In this document: piece by piece, positions 40,465-49,428 of the stretch | Position numbering within the stretch: the first letter of the stretch is position 1 | Layout of the letters: the number at the start of each line of letters is the position of its first letter | Source of the DNA: an uncultured Bacteroidales bacterium | GTDB taxonomy: Bacteria > Bacteroidota > Bacteroidia > Bacteroidales > FEN-979 | Direction: 5' to 3' | Length of the DNA stretch: 64,000 nucleotides | Assembly (NCBI GenBank): GCA_963768805.1 | Contig: CAVYJI010000010.1 | Span: forward strand, 163,947 to 227,946 | Program-made: the position numbers and the translations under genes | The notes under the pieces: generated by a model | What the model was told of the DNA's origin: nothing | The model's database searches: none | Seen by the model: only the letters and a program-made list of their open reading frames with translations

Positions 40465-41868
40465 TTATTGCTTCACAAACTTCCCCACTTCCACAATCCT
40501 ATCATTAGTTAGTCGCACGAAATAAACTCCGCTGGGCAGAGCGCTTATGTCAATCTGTGTTTTTGGTGGTATAATCTGGCGCTTAATAAATTCCTGTCCC
40601 TCGATATCAACTATTGTAAGATTGCCGCCTTGTGACATCCCGGATAGGTCTACCGTTATTTTATCTGTCGCTGGATTAGGATAGATAGATAACCTTGATT
40701 CCTGTAACTTATTTATCCCGGCATAGACTGAATCATATTTCATTACTGTTGGTTTTATTGTATCTAAGGAATATCTTCCTCCATAAGCGACGCAGGGTTT
40801 ACCAGTTAAATCAAAAGCCAGGCTTGTATAATCAGCTTCCCCTGCTGAAAAATCAGATGGACCCACATTCACCCAATTGTTTCCATCAAATCTCATAACT
40901 GTTGCTTTGCCCGAATGATTAGAATCTGCATAAGCTACAAAGAGCTGACCATCAGTCGGTCTGAAGGCAAGGCTTGTATAATTAATCACACCTGCTGAAA
41001 AACCCTCAGTCCCTACATTGATCCAATTTGAACCGTCAAATTTCAATACTGTAGCTTTACTTTCATTACTACCATCACCATATCCCAAATATGGAAGAGT
41101 ATCAATTGGACTGAAAGCGAGACTTTCACAACATGTCTCTCCCATCGCTATACCTGATGAAGAACCTATATAAACCCAGCTATTCCCATCAAATTTCATA
41201 ACAACCGCATTTTGATTTAATTCAAAAGATGAAAATGCCACATATGGTAAACCGTCAGAAGGGCTGATGGCAAGGCTTGGATATGAACAACGGTCAATTT
41301 GAAGAAAACCACTTCCCACATACACCCAATTGGTGCCATCAAATTTCATTACTGCGATTTCCTCGGCAAATAAAGTACAATTAAAAGCGACATAGGGTTG
41401 TCCGGATGGACTGATAGCGAAACTTAAGTCAAGAACTGAACCATTTGGTGGTGTAAAGGATTCATATCCCACATCTACCCAGTTGTTTCCATTGAACATC
41501 ATTACAGTTGCTTCCCCATCTCGTCCATCAACAAATGCCACATAAGGCAAACTATCAATTGGATTAAATGCGAGCTTGGTATTAAATGCCTGATCCGTAG
41601 AAAAACCTGCTTTGCCAACATTCACCCAGTTACTCCCGTCAAATTTCATCACTGTTGCCCTTTCAGAATTCGCCCAATCTTGAAACGCTACATATGGCTC
41701 GCCCGATGGGCTAAATGCAAGGCTTGTAAATGCAACCCCTGATTGTGAAAACCCCGCATATCCAACATTCTTCCATGCATAATTCAGTGGAGAAGATTTG
41801 TACCAGGGTGATTGTGCACTGGCAACAACAGGGAACAAGAAAAGTAAAATACGGATAAGTCTTTTCAT
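40465..41868 (-). CDS. T9SS-secreted protein with seven ~50-aa repeats (putative beta-propeller)
   Basis: Signal peptide; seven WxxVG...SLAF...PYVAF...VMKFDG repeats; IYPNP...SGVYFVRL...KFVKQ C-terminal domain. Confidence 0.85.
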   Translation of the reverse strand: MKRLIRILLFLFPVVASAQSPWYKSSPLNYAWKNVGYAGFSQSGVAFTSLAFSPSGEPYVAFQDWANSERATVMKFDGSNWVNVGKAGFSTDQAFNTKLAFNPIDSLPYVAFVDGRDGEATVMMFNGNNWVDVGYESFTPPNGSVLDLSFAISPSGQPYVAFNCTLFAEEIAVMKFDGTNWVYVGSGFLQIDRCSYPSLAISPSDGLPYVAFSSFELNQNAVVMKFDGNSWVYIGSSSGIAMGETCCESLAFSPIDTLPYLGYGDGSNESKATVLKFDGSNWINVGTEGFSAGVINYTSLAFRPTDGQLFVAYADSNHSGKATVMRFDGNNWVNVGPSDFSAGEADYTSLAFDLTGKPCVAYGGRYSLDTIKPTVMKYDSVYAGINKLQESRLSIYPNPATDKITVDLSGMSQGGNLTIVDIEGQEFIKRQIIPPKTQIDISALPSGVYFVRLTNDRIVEVGKFVKQ

Positions 41869-42064
41869 ATGGTTATGGATTTTATTGCTTTACAAATTTC
41901 CCCACCTCGACAGACCTGTCATTGTTCTTCTTCAAAACAATGTGCACCACTATAGCCTAATTTTATGTGTGGAGTTCTAACAAAGTTACGCTTAATTATT
42001 TAAGCTACGTTTTCGAGGTATTTTTTCTCCAAATAATTTACTCTGTACTTTTGTTTGTATAAAA

Positions 42065-42100
42065 TAAAAAAGCCACTCACAAAAAATATTGCAAGTGGCT
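42065..42100 (-). terminator. Terminator downstream of tRNA-Arg
   Basis: AGCCACT...AGTGGCT stem with an adjacent A-run, which is the U-tract on the minus strand. Confidence 0.6.
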
Positions 42101-42107
42101 GATCTTC

Positions 42108-42184
42108 TGGTGACCCCAGAGGGAGTCAAACCCCCAACCTTCAGATCCGTAGTCTGACGCTCTATTCAGTTGAGCTATGGGGCC
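42108..42184 (-). tRNA. tRNA-Arg(ACG)
   Basis: Reverse complement GGCCCCATAGCTCAACTGAATAGAGCGTCAGACTACGGATCTGAAGGTTGGGGGTTTGACTCCCTCTGGGGTCACCA folds as a cloverleaf; anticodon ACG; encoded CCA. Confidence 0.95.
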
Positions 42185-42197
42185 GGATTTAATGTCA

Positions 42198-42286
42198 CAA
42201 AGGTAATTTTTTTTAAGTAATTGCAAAAACCTGTTACCAACATTATTGGCAAGGAGTTTTAAATCTCAGAAAATAACTTACCTTTG
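42198..42286. promoter_or_regulatory. Divergent -7 promoters for tRNA-Arg and the biosynthetic cluster
   Basis: TACCTTTG on minus (42198-42205) and TACCTTTG on plus (42279-42286). Confidence 0.6.
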
Positions 42287-42352
42287 CATACCTATCACTG
42301 GCTGGAGTGCTGAAAAGCCTTGTTTTACCTGGTAATAGCTAAAAAAGGTGTG

Positions 42353-43906
42353 ATGATCATAATCGGAAACCGTAAACTGACGATCGGCGATTTCTTCAAG
42401 GTGTTGTTTGAAGGTGAACGAGTAGACATTGATATAGAATCCCGTCGAAAAGTTGCTGAAGACTTTGAGTTCCTGAAAGAGTTTGCCAAGGGGAAAGTGA
42501 TCTATGGCATCAATACTGGCCTGGGGCCCATGGCCCAGATCAAGATCAACGACAACCGGGAACTGGAACTGCAATACAACCTGATACGAAGCCATGCAGC
42601 AGGTTGCGGTTCTCCCCTCCCCGATATTTATGCCAAAGCCACCATGCTTGCACGACTGAACACGTTGGTCCAGGCTAAATCAGGGATCCATCCCGAGGTT
42701 GTGGAGTTGCTGAAAGAGATGATCAACAGGGATATCAACCCTTATATCCCGGAACACGGAGGCGTGGGCGCCAGTGGTGACCTTGTCCAGTTAGCCCATC
42801 TGGCCGTGAACCTGATCGGTGAAGGAGAAGTATCATACAAAAGAGTTTTGCGTCCTACAGCTGAAGTTTTAAAAGAGGAAGGCCTGGCGCCCATCAAGAT
42901 GCACATCCGCGAAGGACTGGGGCTGATCAACGGAACTTCTGCCATGACCGGGATAGGGATGATCAATGCCATCCATGCACATAACCTGCTTGATTGGTCT
43001 ACCCTGGCTTCATCCATGATAACTGAGATCGTGGAATCATATGATGATCATTTTTCCGATGGGCTGAACAATGCAAAATCACATCACGGGCAAAGACAGG
43101 TTGCCCGGAACATGAAATTCATCCTCAGGGATAGCCAGCTGATCCGTCGCCGGGCAGATCATCTTTACAATAATGATAAAACAATTGAAGTTGAAGTTTT
43201 CAAGCACAAGGTGCAGGAATATTATTCCCTGCGCTGTGTTCCACAGGTACTGGGACCTGTAATGGATACTATATTATATTCCAACCATGTGCTTATGAAT
43301 GAAGTGAACTCCACAAGTGATAATCCTATCATTGACGGGGAACATCACAATGTTTACCATGGCGGTAATTTTCATGGTGATTATGTTGCCCTGGAAATGG
43401 ACAAGCTTAAGATTGCTATTACTAAGTTATCGATGCTTGCCGAAAGACAATTGAACTATTTAATGAATCCGAAGCTTAACGAGAAACTACCGCCGTTCGT
43501 AAATCTTGGCAGACTTGGTCTCAACCTTGGCATGCAGGGAGTTCAATTCACTGCGGTTTCAACGGTTGCCGAGAATCAGACACTTTCATTCCCTATGTAT
43601 ATCCACAGTATTACCAACAATAACGATAACCAGGATATTGTAAGCATGGGGACCAATGCTGCACTGATTGCGAAAAAGGTCATTGATAATACTTACCAGG
43701 TGCTGGCCATAGAGATGATCTCTATCCTCCAGGCCATTGACTATCTTCAGATCAAAGACAAATTATCTTCTTATTCATTCAGTAAATACATGGACCTGCG
43801 GCAGATCGTTCCGAAATTCACGGAAGATACGATCAAGTACAACGACATCCGCAACATCGAACAATATATCATGGAGAACAAACCTCAGTTTTCAGTAGAT
43901 GAATGA
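42353..43906 (+). CDS. Aromatic amino acid ammonia-lyase (HAL/PAL/TAL family; probable tyrosine ammonia-lyase)
   Basis: IYGINTG, LQYNLIRSH, MIO-forming GASGDL, YSLRCVPQ, GGNFHG and NQDIVSMG motifs; first gene of the cluster. Confidence 0.9.
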   Translation: MIIIGNRKLTIGDFFKVLFEGERVDIDIESRRKVAEDFEFLKEFAKGKVIYGINTGLGPMAQIKINDNRELELQYNLIRSHAAGCGSPLPDIYAKATMLARLNTLVQAKSGIHPEVVELLKEMINRDINPYIPEHGGVGASGDLVQLAHLAVNLIGEGEVSYKRVLRPTAEVLKEEGLAPIKMHIREGLGLINGTSAMTGIGMINAIHAHNLLDWSTLASSMITEIVESYDDHFSDGLNNAKSHHGQRQVARNMKFILRDSQLIRRRADHLYNNDKTIEVEVFKHKVQEYYSLRCVPQVLGPVMDTILYSNHVLMNEVNSTSDNPIIDGEHHNVYHGGNFHGDYVALEMDKLKIAITKLSMLAERQLNYLMNPKLNEKLPPFVNLGRLGLNLGMQGVQFTAVSTVAENQTLSFPMYIHSITNNNDNQDIVSMGTNAALIAKKVIDNTYQVLAIEMISILQAIDYLQIKDKLSSYSFSKYMDLRQIVPKFTEDTIKYNDIRNIEQYIMENKPQFSVDE

Positions 43907-43941
43907 GTCTGTTTTTCCATCACTAAACCAACAACGCTACG

Positions 43942-44670
43942 ATGAAATATGCGCTCGTAACCGGAGGTTCAAGAGGCATTGGAAGAGCTGTTTGCTGTAA
44001 GCTTGCAGAGATGGGTTTTTATATTCTGGTCAATTACAATTCCAGCCCGGAAGAAGCTGCAATCACCCTGAACCTGGTGAAGGAAAAAGGAAGCGATGGG
44101 GAACTTATCAAGTTCGATGTCGCCCTTAAGGAAGAAGTGGAAAAAGCGCTTAGTGACTGGCAAGCACACAATGAAGGAAAGACTATCCAGATATTGATTA
44201 ATAATGCAGGTATCCGGAGGGATGCCCTTTTGATGTGGATGAAGGATGAGGAGTGGGATGATGTTCTTAAAACCAACCTGGACGGGTTCTTTTATTGTAC
44301 AAGATTTCTCATAAAAGACATGCTGATCTCTAAATTCGGCAGGATTGTCAACGTGGTTTCACTATCAGGGATAAAAGGATTGCCGGGACAAGCCAATTAT
44401 TCTGCGGCTAAAGCAGGTATTATCGGAGCGACTAAAGCGCTGGCCCAAGAAGTTGCCAAGAAGAATGTGACCGTGAATGCTGTTGCACCCGGTTTCATAC
44501 AATCTGACATGACCAAGGACCTGGATGAGAACCAGCTCAGGACGATGATCCCGATGAACCGGTTTGGCAAGCCTGAAGAGGTTGCAGAAATTGTCGGGTT
44601 CCTGGCTTCTGAAAAAGCTTCTTATATTACGGGGGAGGTCATTAATGTGAACGGTGGCCTTTACACCTGA
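43942..44670 (+). CDS. fabG: 3-oxoacyl-ACP reductase
   Basis: TGGSRGIG, NNAG, NYSAAK and VNGG SDR motifs. Confidence 0.92.
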   Translation: MKYALVTGGSRGIGRAVCCKLAEMGFYILVNYNSSPEEAAITLNLVKEKGSDGELIKFDVALKEEVEKALSDWQAHNEGKTIQILINNAGIRRDALLMWMKDEEWDDVLKTNLDGFFYCTRFLIKDMLISKFGRIVNVVSLSGIKGLPGQANYSAAKAGIIGATKALAQEVAKKNVTVNAVAPGFIQSDMTKDLDENQLRTMIPMNRFGKPEEVAEIVGFLASEKASYITGEVINVNGGLYT

Positions 44671-44695
44671 TCATAAAAATAATGAGCATTTATAA

Positions 44696-45925
44696 ATGTC
44701 GATGAACAGGGTTGTCATTACCGGAATGGGTATATATTCTGTCATTGGGAAGGATCTCGGTGAGGTTAAGAATTCATTATACGAGGGAAGATCGGGGATT
44801 ATATTTGATCCGGTCCGCAAGGCAATAGGATTCCGTTCCGCACTCACCGGCACTGTTGAGCGTCCTGTCCTTAAGGGCATTCTCGACCGCCGCATGCGTG
44901 TAGGATTACCAGTCCAGGGTGAATATGCTTACATGGCAACTGTCGAGGCATTGCGTAATGCAGGTATCGATGCTGCTTTCATGGAAAAAAATGATGTAGG
45001 CATCCTTTACGGTAATGACAGTTCTGCTTTACCCGTCGTTGAATCGGTGGATATCCTGCGTCAGAAAAAAGACACCATGATGATCGGATCGGGATACATC
45101 TTTCAATCGATGAATTCCACCGTTTCGATGAACCTCTCAGTGATCTTTAAGTTCAGGGGGATCAATTTCACGGTCAGTGGCGCATGTGCCAGCGGATCAC
45201 ATGCCATAGGCATAGGGTTCCTTCTTATCCGTCAGGGTTTGCAAGAAGTAATTGTCTGCGGTGGCGCGCAGGAGATCAACGTTGAATCGACGGCGAGCTT
45301 CGATGCGCTGAATGCATTTTCCACACGCGAATCGGAACCTGAAAAAGCATCAAGGCCTTTTGACCGCGACCGTGACGGACTTGTTCCCAGCGGCGGAGCT
45401 GCAACGGTCATTCTGGAGAGTTATGAATCTGCGATCAGAAGAGGTGCAACGATCTTAGGTGAAGTGGTTGGTTATGGATTTTCTTCCAACGGCGAACATA
45501 TCTCCCTGCCAAATGTTGATGGTCCGGTCTCAGCCATGTCGCTGGCATTGAAAGACGCAGGGATGGATGCTTCAGATATCGATTATATCAATGCACATGC
45601 AACATCAACGCCTGCAGGAGATGAAAATGAAGCCAAAGCCATTGACCAGATTTTTGGCAAGTCACGTCCGCCGGTCTCAAGCACAAAATCGATGACAGGA
45701 CACGAGATGTGGATGGGTGGAGCGAGCGAGATCGTCTATTCCACGCTGATGATGAATAATGACTTCATTGCGCCAAATATTAATTTTGACAATCCTGATA
45801 AATACACTGAACTCCTGAATATTGCCTCGCATACAACCCAGGCTGAGATCAAGGCATTTCTGTCAAACTCTTTCGGATTCGGAGGAACCAACTCTTCCCT
45901 TATCGTCAGAAAAATTAATCAGTAA
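44696..45925 (+). CDS. Beta-ketoacyl-ACP synthase (KS)
   Basis: GACASGSH, NAHATST, KSMTGH and SFGFGG motifs (Cys-His-His intact). Confidence 0.92.
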   Translation: MSMNRVVITGMGIYSVIGKDLGEVKNSLYEGRSGIIFDPVRKAIGFRSALTGTVERPVLKGILDRRMRVGLPVQGEYAYMATVEALRNAGIDAAFMEKNDVGILYGNDSSALPVVESVDILRQKKDTMMIGSGYIFQSMNSTVSMNLSVIFKFRGINFTVSGACASGSHAIGIGFLLIRQGLQEVIVCGGAQEINVESTASFDALNAFSTRESEPEKASRPFDRDRDGLVPSGGAATVILESYESAIRRGATILGEVVGYGFSSNGEHISLPNVDGPVSAMSLALKDAGMDASDIDYINAHATSTPAGDENEAKAIDQIFGKSRPPVSSTKSMTGHEMWMGGASEIVYSTLMMNNDFIAPNINFDNPDKYTELLNIASHTTQAEIKAFLSNSFGFGGTNSSLIVRKINQ

Positions 45926-45970
45926 CTTCTTAAAAAAAACGTTATTTTTGCATCAAACTAACCGTGTTGC

Positions 45971-46222
45971 ATGATGCAAAATGAGGAGATCATAAAGAGA
46001 ATCAATCAGTTACTGATTGATGAAATCGAAATTGACGAAGAACAGATTTCCCCTTCAGCCGATCTGAAAAAAGACCTGGGAATAGACAGTCTTGATTTTG
46101 TTGATCTCTTCGTGATCATAGAGAATAATTTCGGTTTCAAGATGAAAGCCGAGGAGATGACCGATATAAAGAAGCTGGATGATTTTTATGCATATGTGAT
46201 CCGGAGAGTCAATCCAAATTAA
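45971..46222 (+). CDS. Acyl carrier protein
   Basis: Acidic 83-aa protein with LGIDSLD phosphopantetheine site. Confidence 0.93.
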   Translation: MMQNEEIIKRINQLLIDEIEIDEEQISPSADLKKDLGIDSLDFVDLFVIIENNFGFKMKAEEMTDIKKLDDFYAYVIRRVNPN

Positions 46223-46228
46223 CTGTTA

Positions 46229-48505
46229 ATGTCATCATGGAAAGGCAAAACACGAGGGGGCGTCCTGGGATATAAGATCTTCGTCTGGACCCTTAAGCAT
46301 TTTGGACTTTCTTTTGCCTATTTCCTTCTTATATTTGTCGTTACCTATTTCATATTCTCTTCAAGGAAAGCATTTCGCTCTATCTATTATTATTTTCACA
46401 GGATACTAAATTATAGCGTTCTTCATTCGTTGGGCAGTGTTTATCTGAATTATTATTATTTCGGGCAGATCATACTGGATAAGATAGCGATCCTGGCCGG
46501 GTTGCAGCAAAAGTTCACTTTCAATTTTGAAGGAGAGGAATATCTCCGCCAGATGGACAAGGGTGGCCTGCTTATCAGCGGGCATATCGGGAACTGGGAG
46601 ATTGCAGGGCAGTTGCTCAACCGGCTTGAAAAGAATATCAACATCATATTGTACGATGCAGAGCATGAGCAAATCAAAGGTTACTTATCGAATGTATTCA
46701 CTGAGCGCAAGGTCAATTTCATCATCATAAAGGAAGATTATTCACACTTGCAGGAGATCAGGGAAGCGCTGGAACGCCATGAGATCATAGCCATGCATGG
46801 CGATCGTTTCATAGAAGGAAATAAGGTATTCCAGGTGGATCTGCTGGGGAAGCCTGCCCTTTTTCCTGCAGGGCCCGTTAATCTCGCTGCTCGTTTCGGA
46901 GTGCCTGTCTCATATGTCTTTGCAGTAAAAGAGACCAGGAAGCACTATCATTTTTTTGCCACTCCATTACGAAATGTTGAATTTTCGACGAACCTGAAGA
47001 AAAGGGAGATCATCCTGAAAGAAGCAGTGGAGGCTTATGTTGCAGCGCTCGAGAAGATTGTAACCAGGTATCCGCTCCAGTGGTTCAACTATTATAAATT
47101 CTGGGATTTGCGGGAAAAGACCTCATATCCGGGAGCGCCTGGCAGAATAAAAAAAAGAAAATTACTTCTTGTTTCTTCAAATCAATGTGTTTTTCCTTAC
47201 CCGGTCTACCCTATCGGGCTTTCATATATCTATTCCTATCTTTCAGCAAGGTTACCTGACTTCGAGATCCGTATTTTCGATTTTAATTTTCATACCCTGG
47301 CATCTTTCCGTGAATTTCTTCTTGAGTTCAGGCCTGATTATACGGGTATCTCCCTGCGTAATATGGATGATGTGGACTCAACCCGAAAGACATGGTTTCT
47401 GAAGGGATACAAGGATATCATTGAGACGCTAAAAAATAGTGTGAGCACCCGCATCATTATCGGCGGATCTGCATTTTCCATATTCCCAATTGAATTATTC
47501 AAGTACTTTGAGCCTGACTTCGGTATCTGCGGTGAGGGGGAAGAAAGCATGTTTAACCTTCTCCAGTGCCTGGAAAATAAAACGGATCCCTCTTCCATAG
47601 AAGGACTGGTATACAGGAATTCAGAGGGGATCCAGATGAACCCTAGGAACCATTACCTGAAGCAGTTGGATCTTTCATTCGATATCGATCTTCTTGATTT
47701 TTACTGGAAAAAAAGCGGGATGCTTAACATTCAGAGTAAGCGGGGGTGCCCTCATAAATGTATTTATTGCACTTATCCTCTTATTGAAGGAAGAGAAGTC
47801 AGGACGCTGAATGCAGATAAAATTGTCGAGACCTTGTCCGAACTGTATTTTGACAAGGATATCAATTATGTTTTCTTTACAGATTCTGTCTTCAACATCA
47901 ATGATTCATTCAATATTGAGCTGGCTGAAAAAATACTGAAAGCACGTTTAAAAATCAAATGGGGCGCTTATTTTTCCCCTCACGGCCTGGACAGGCAGAC
48001 ATTGCAGCTTTATGCAGATGCAGGGCTGACCCACATAGAATTCGGGACAGAATCACTTTCTGATACCACTCTGAAAAATTATGGCAAGCATTTTACTGTA
48101 CAGGAAGTCGTTGATGTTTCAGATCTCTGCAATGAAATAGGGATCTATTTTTCTCATTTCCTGATCCTTTGCGGATATGGAGAGACGGAAGAAACGATCA
48201 ATGAAGGATTTGAGAACTCGAAGCGTTTCAACAATACGGTCTTCTTCCCTTATATCGGCATGCGTATCTATCCCGGTACCCGCCTGCAGGAGTTGGCTAT
48301 TAAAGACGGCGTAATCTCCTCTGAAGACGACTTACTGGAACCGGTATACTATCTGGCTAAAGGAATCAATTACAGCACTTTAAAAGAACGGGCTGATAAA
48401 ACAGGGAGAAGGTTTGTATTCCCTGATGAAGATGTCGTTACAGTGATGAATAAAATGAGGGCCCGGCAAAGAAAAGGAATGTTATGGCATCATCTGAAAA
48501 AATAA
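46229..48505 (+). CDS. Fusion: LpxL-like acyltransferase + B12-binding/radical SAM lipid-biosynthesis protein
   Basis: Residues ~1-292: WKGKTRGG, GHIGNWE, HGDRF, YPLQWFNYY. Residues ~310-758: LLLVSSN...PYPVYPIGL, IIGGSAFS, GEGE, RGCPHKCIYC, FTDSVFN, EFGTES. Confidence 0.88.
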   Translation: MSSWKGKTRGGVLGYKIFVWTLKHFGLSFAYFLLIFVVTYFIFSSRKAFRSIYYYFHRILNYSVLHSLGSVYLNYYYFGQIILDKIAILAGLQQKFTFNFEGEEYLRQMDKGGLLISGHIGNWEIAGQLLNRLEKNINIILYDAEHEQIKGYLSNVFTERKVNFIIIKEDYSHLQEIREALERHEIIAMHGDRFIEGNKVFQVDLLGKPALFPAGPVNLAARFGVPVSYVFAVKETRKHYHFFATPLRNVEFSTNLKKREIILKEAVEAYVAALEKIVTRYPLQWFNYYKFWDLREKTSYPGAPGRIKKRKLLLVSSNQCVFPYPVYPIGLSYIYSYLSARLPDFEIRIFDFNFHTLASFREFLLEFRPDYTGISLRNMDDVDSTRKTWFLKGYKDIIETLKNSVSTRIIIGGSAFSIFPIELFKYFEPDFGICGEGEESMFNLLQCLENKTDPSSIEGLVYRNSEGIQMNPRNHYLKQLDLSFDIDLLDFYWKKSGMLNIQSKRGCPHKCIYCTYPLIEGREVRTLNADKIVETLSELYFDKDINYVFFTDSVFNINDSFNIELAEKILKARLKIKWGAYFSPHGLDRQTLQLYADAGLTHIEFGTESLSDTTLKNYGKHFTVQEVVDVSDLCNEIGIYFSHFLILCGYGETEETINEGFENSKRFNNTVFFPYIGMRIYPGTRLQELAIKDGVISSEDDLLEPVYYLAKGINYSTLKERADKTGRRFVFPDEDVVTVMNKMRARQRKGMLWHHLKK

Positions 48506-48924
48506 TAGTGACTGAAGGGACAATAGGACAATACATCCCGCAAAAGCCTCCGATCGTTATGATCGGGAAGCTGATTGATGTAACCGATACCCAAACTACT
48601 ACTTCACTGGTTATCCAGGAGGATAATCTGTTTTGCAGTGAAGGATTTTTAAGAGAGCCGGGCCTTATTGAAAACATAGCCCAGACTGCAGCAGCCGGCA
48701 AAGGGTACGTTTCGAAAATGGCAGGGAAAGAGCCTCCGGTCGGATTTATAGGGGGGTTGAGAGATCTGAAGATCCATGAACTTCCCAGGGTGGGTAGTGA
48801 AATCAGAACGGAAGTCACGTTGTTACATAAAGTCTTAGAAGCAACTGTTGTAAATGGAAAAGTCTATCTCGGTGACCGGTGCATTGCAGAATGCGAATTG
48901 AAGATATTCTTGCTACCAACCTGA
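48484..48924 (+). CDS. Hotdog-fold 3-hydroxyacyl-ACP dehydratase
   Basis: IPQKPPIVMI, GLIENIAQTAAA and VGFIGG motifs. Confidence 0.8.
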   Translation: MASSEKIIVTEGTIGQYIPQKPPIVMIGKLIDVTDTQTTTSLVIQEDNLFCSEGFLREPGLIENIAQTAAAGKGYVSKMAGKEPPVGFIGGLRDLKIHELPRVGSEIRTEVTLLHKVLEATVVNGKVYLGDRCIAECELKIFLLPT

Positions 48925-49016
48925 ATTCACACGAAGCAAAATAAGAGGTGACCCGAGTTATGAATTTCGTTACCTTCGCATTTTAAAAAAGCAAGTTTAA
49001 CTTAATAGCGATTCAA

Positions 49017-49412
49017 ATGGAACAAGAATCAAATCCTGTTTACAAAAACCAGGCCTATGGCCAGTTCAGGGAACTTTTCTATTCTTATGGAGAAAGCGGC
49101 AGTTTTGAAAAACGCGTAGGATACCATGGAGAATCTGACAGGGTCACCCTTCAGCAAGCATGGGATCTTTTCAATGACCGGATTGAAGAAGCCAGGCAGA
49201 AAGTCAAAGCCGGGTTAGCCAGCCCGATTTTATATTACATGGAAAAAACACTTGTAACACCAATGGATCTTTCAATGCATGCTGGCATCATGGTTTGGAG
49301 AGTTAAACGTCACCTTAAACCAAAGGTATTTAACCGTCTCAGCGAGAAGACTTTGAAAAAATACACTGAAGTCTTCAACATCACACTCGAACAATTAAAA
49401 AATATTGATTAA
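49017..49412 (+). CDS. Hypothetical protein of flexirubin-type clusters (possible C-terminal HTH)
   Basis: SPILYYME...WRVKRHLKP...LKKYTEVF motifs; precedes the BtrH-like gene; TACCTTCG promoter-like site at 48971-48978. Confidence 0.7.
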   Translation: MEQESNPVYKNQAYGQFRELFYSYGESGSFEKRVGYHGESDRVTLQQAWDLFNDRIEEARQKVKAGLASPILYYMEKTLVTPMDLSMHAGIMVWRVKRHLKPKVFNRLSEKTLKKYTEVFNITLEQLKNID

Positions 49413-49428
49413 TTAAACCGTTCATATA

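Noticed and set aside
37400-42108. tRNA-anchored genomic island or prophage
   Set aside because: No integrase or phage genes, and I found no duplicate of the tRNA 3' end. The region also contains housekeeping trxA.
42125-42135. tRNA T-loop TTTGACT instead of TTCGAAT (possible pseudo-tRNA)
   Set aside because: All stems pair and CCA is intact. From recall, TTTGA T-loops occur in Bacteroidota tRNA-Arg.
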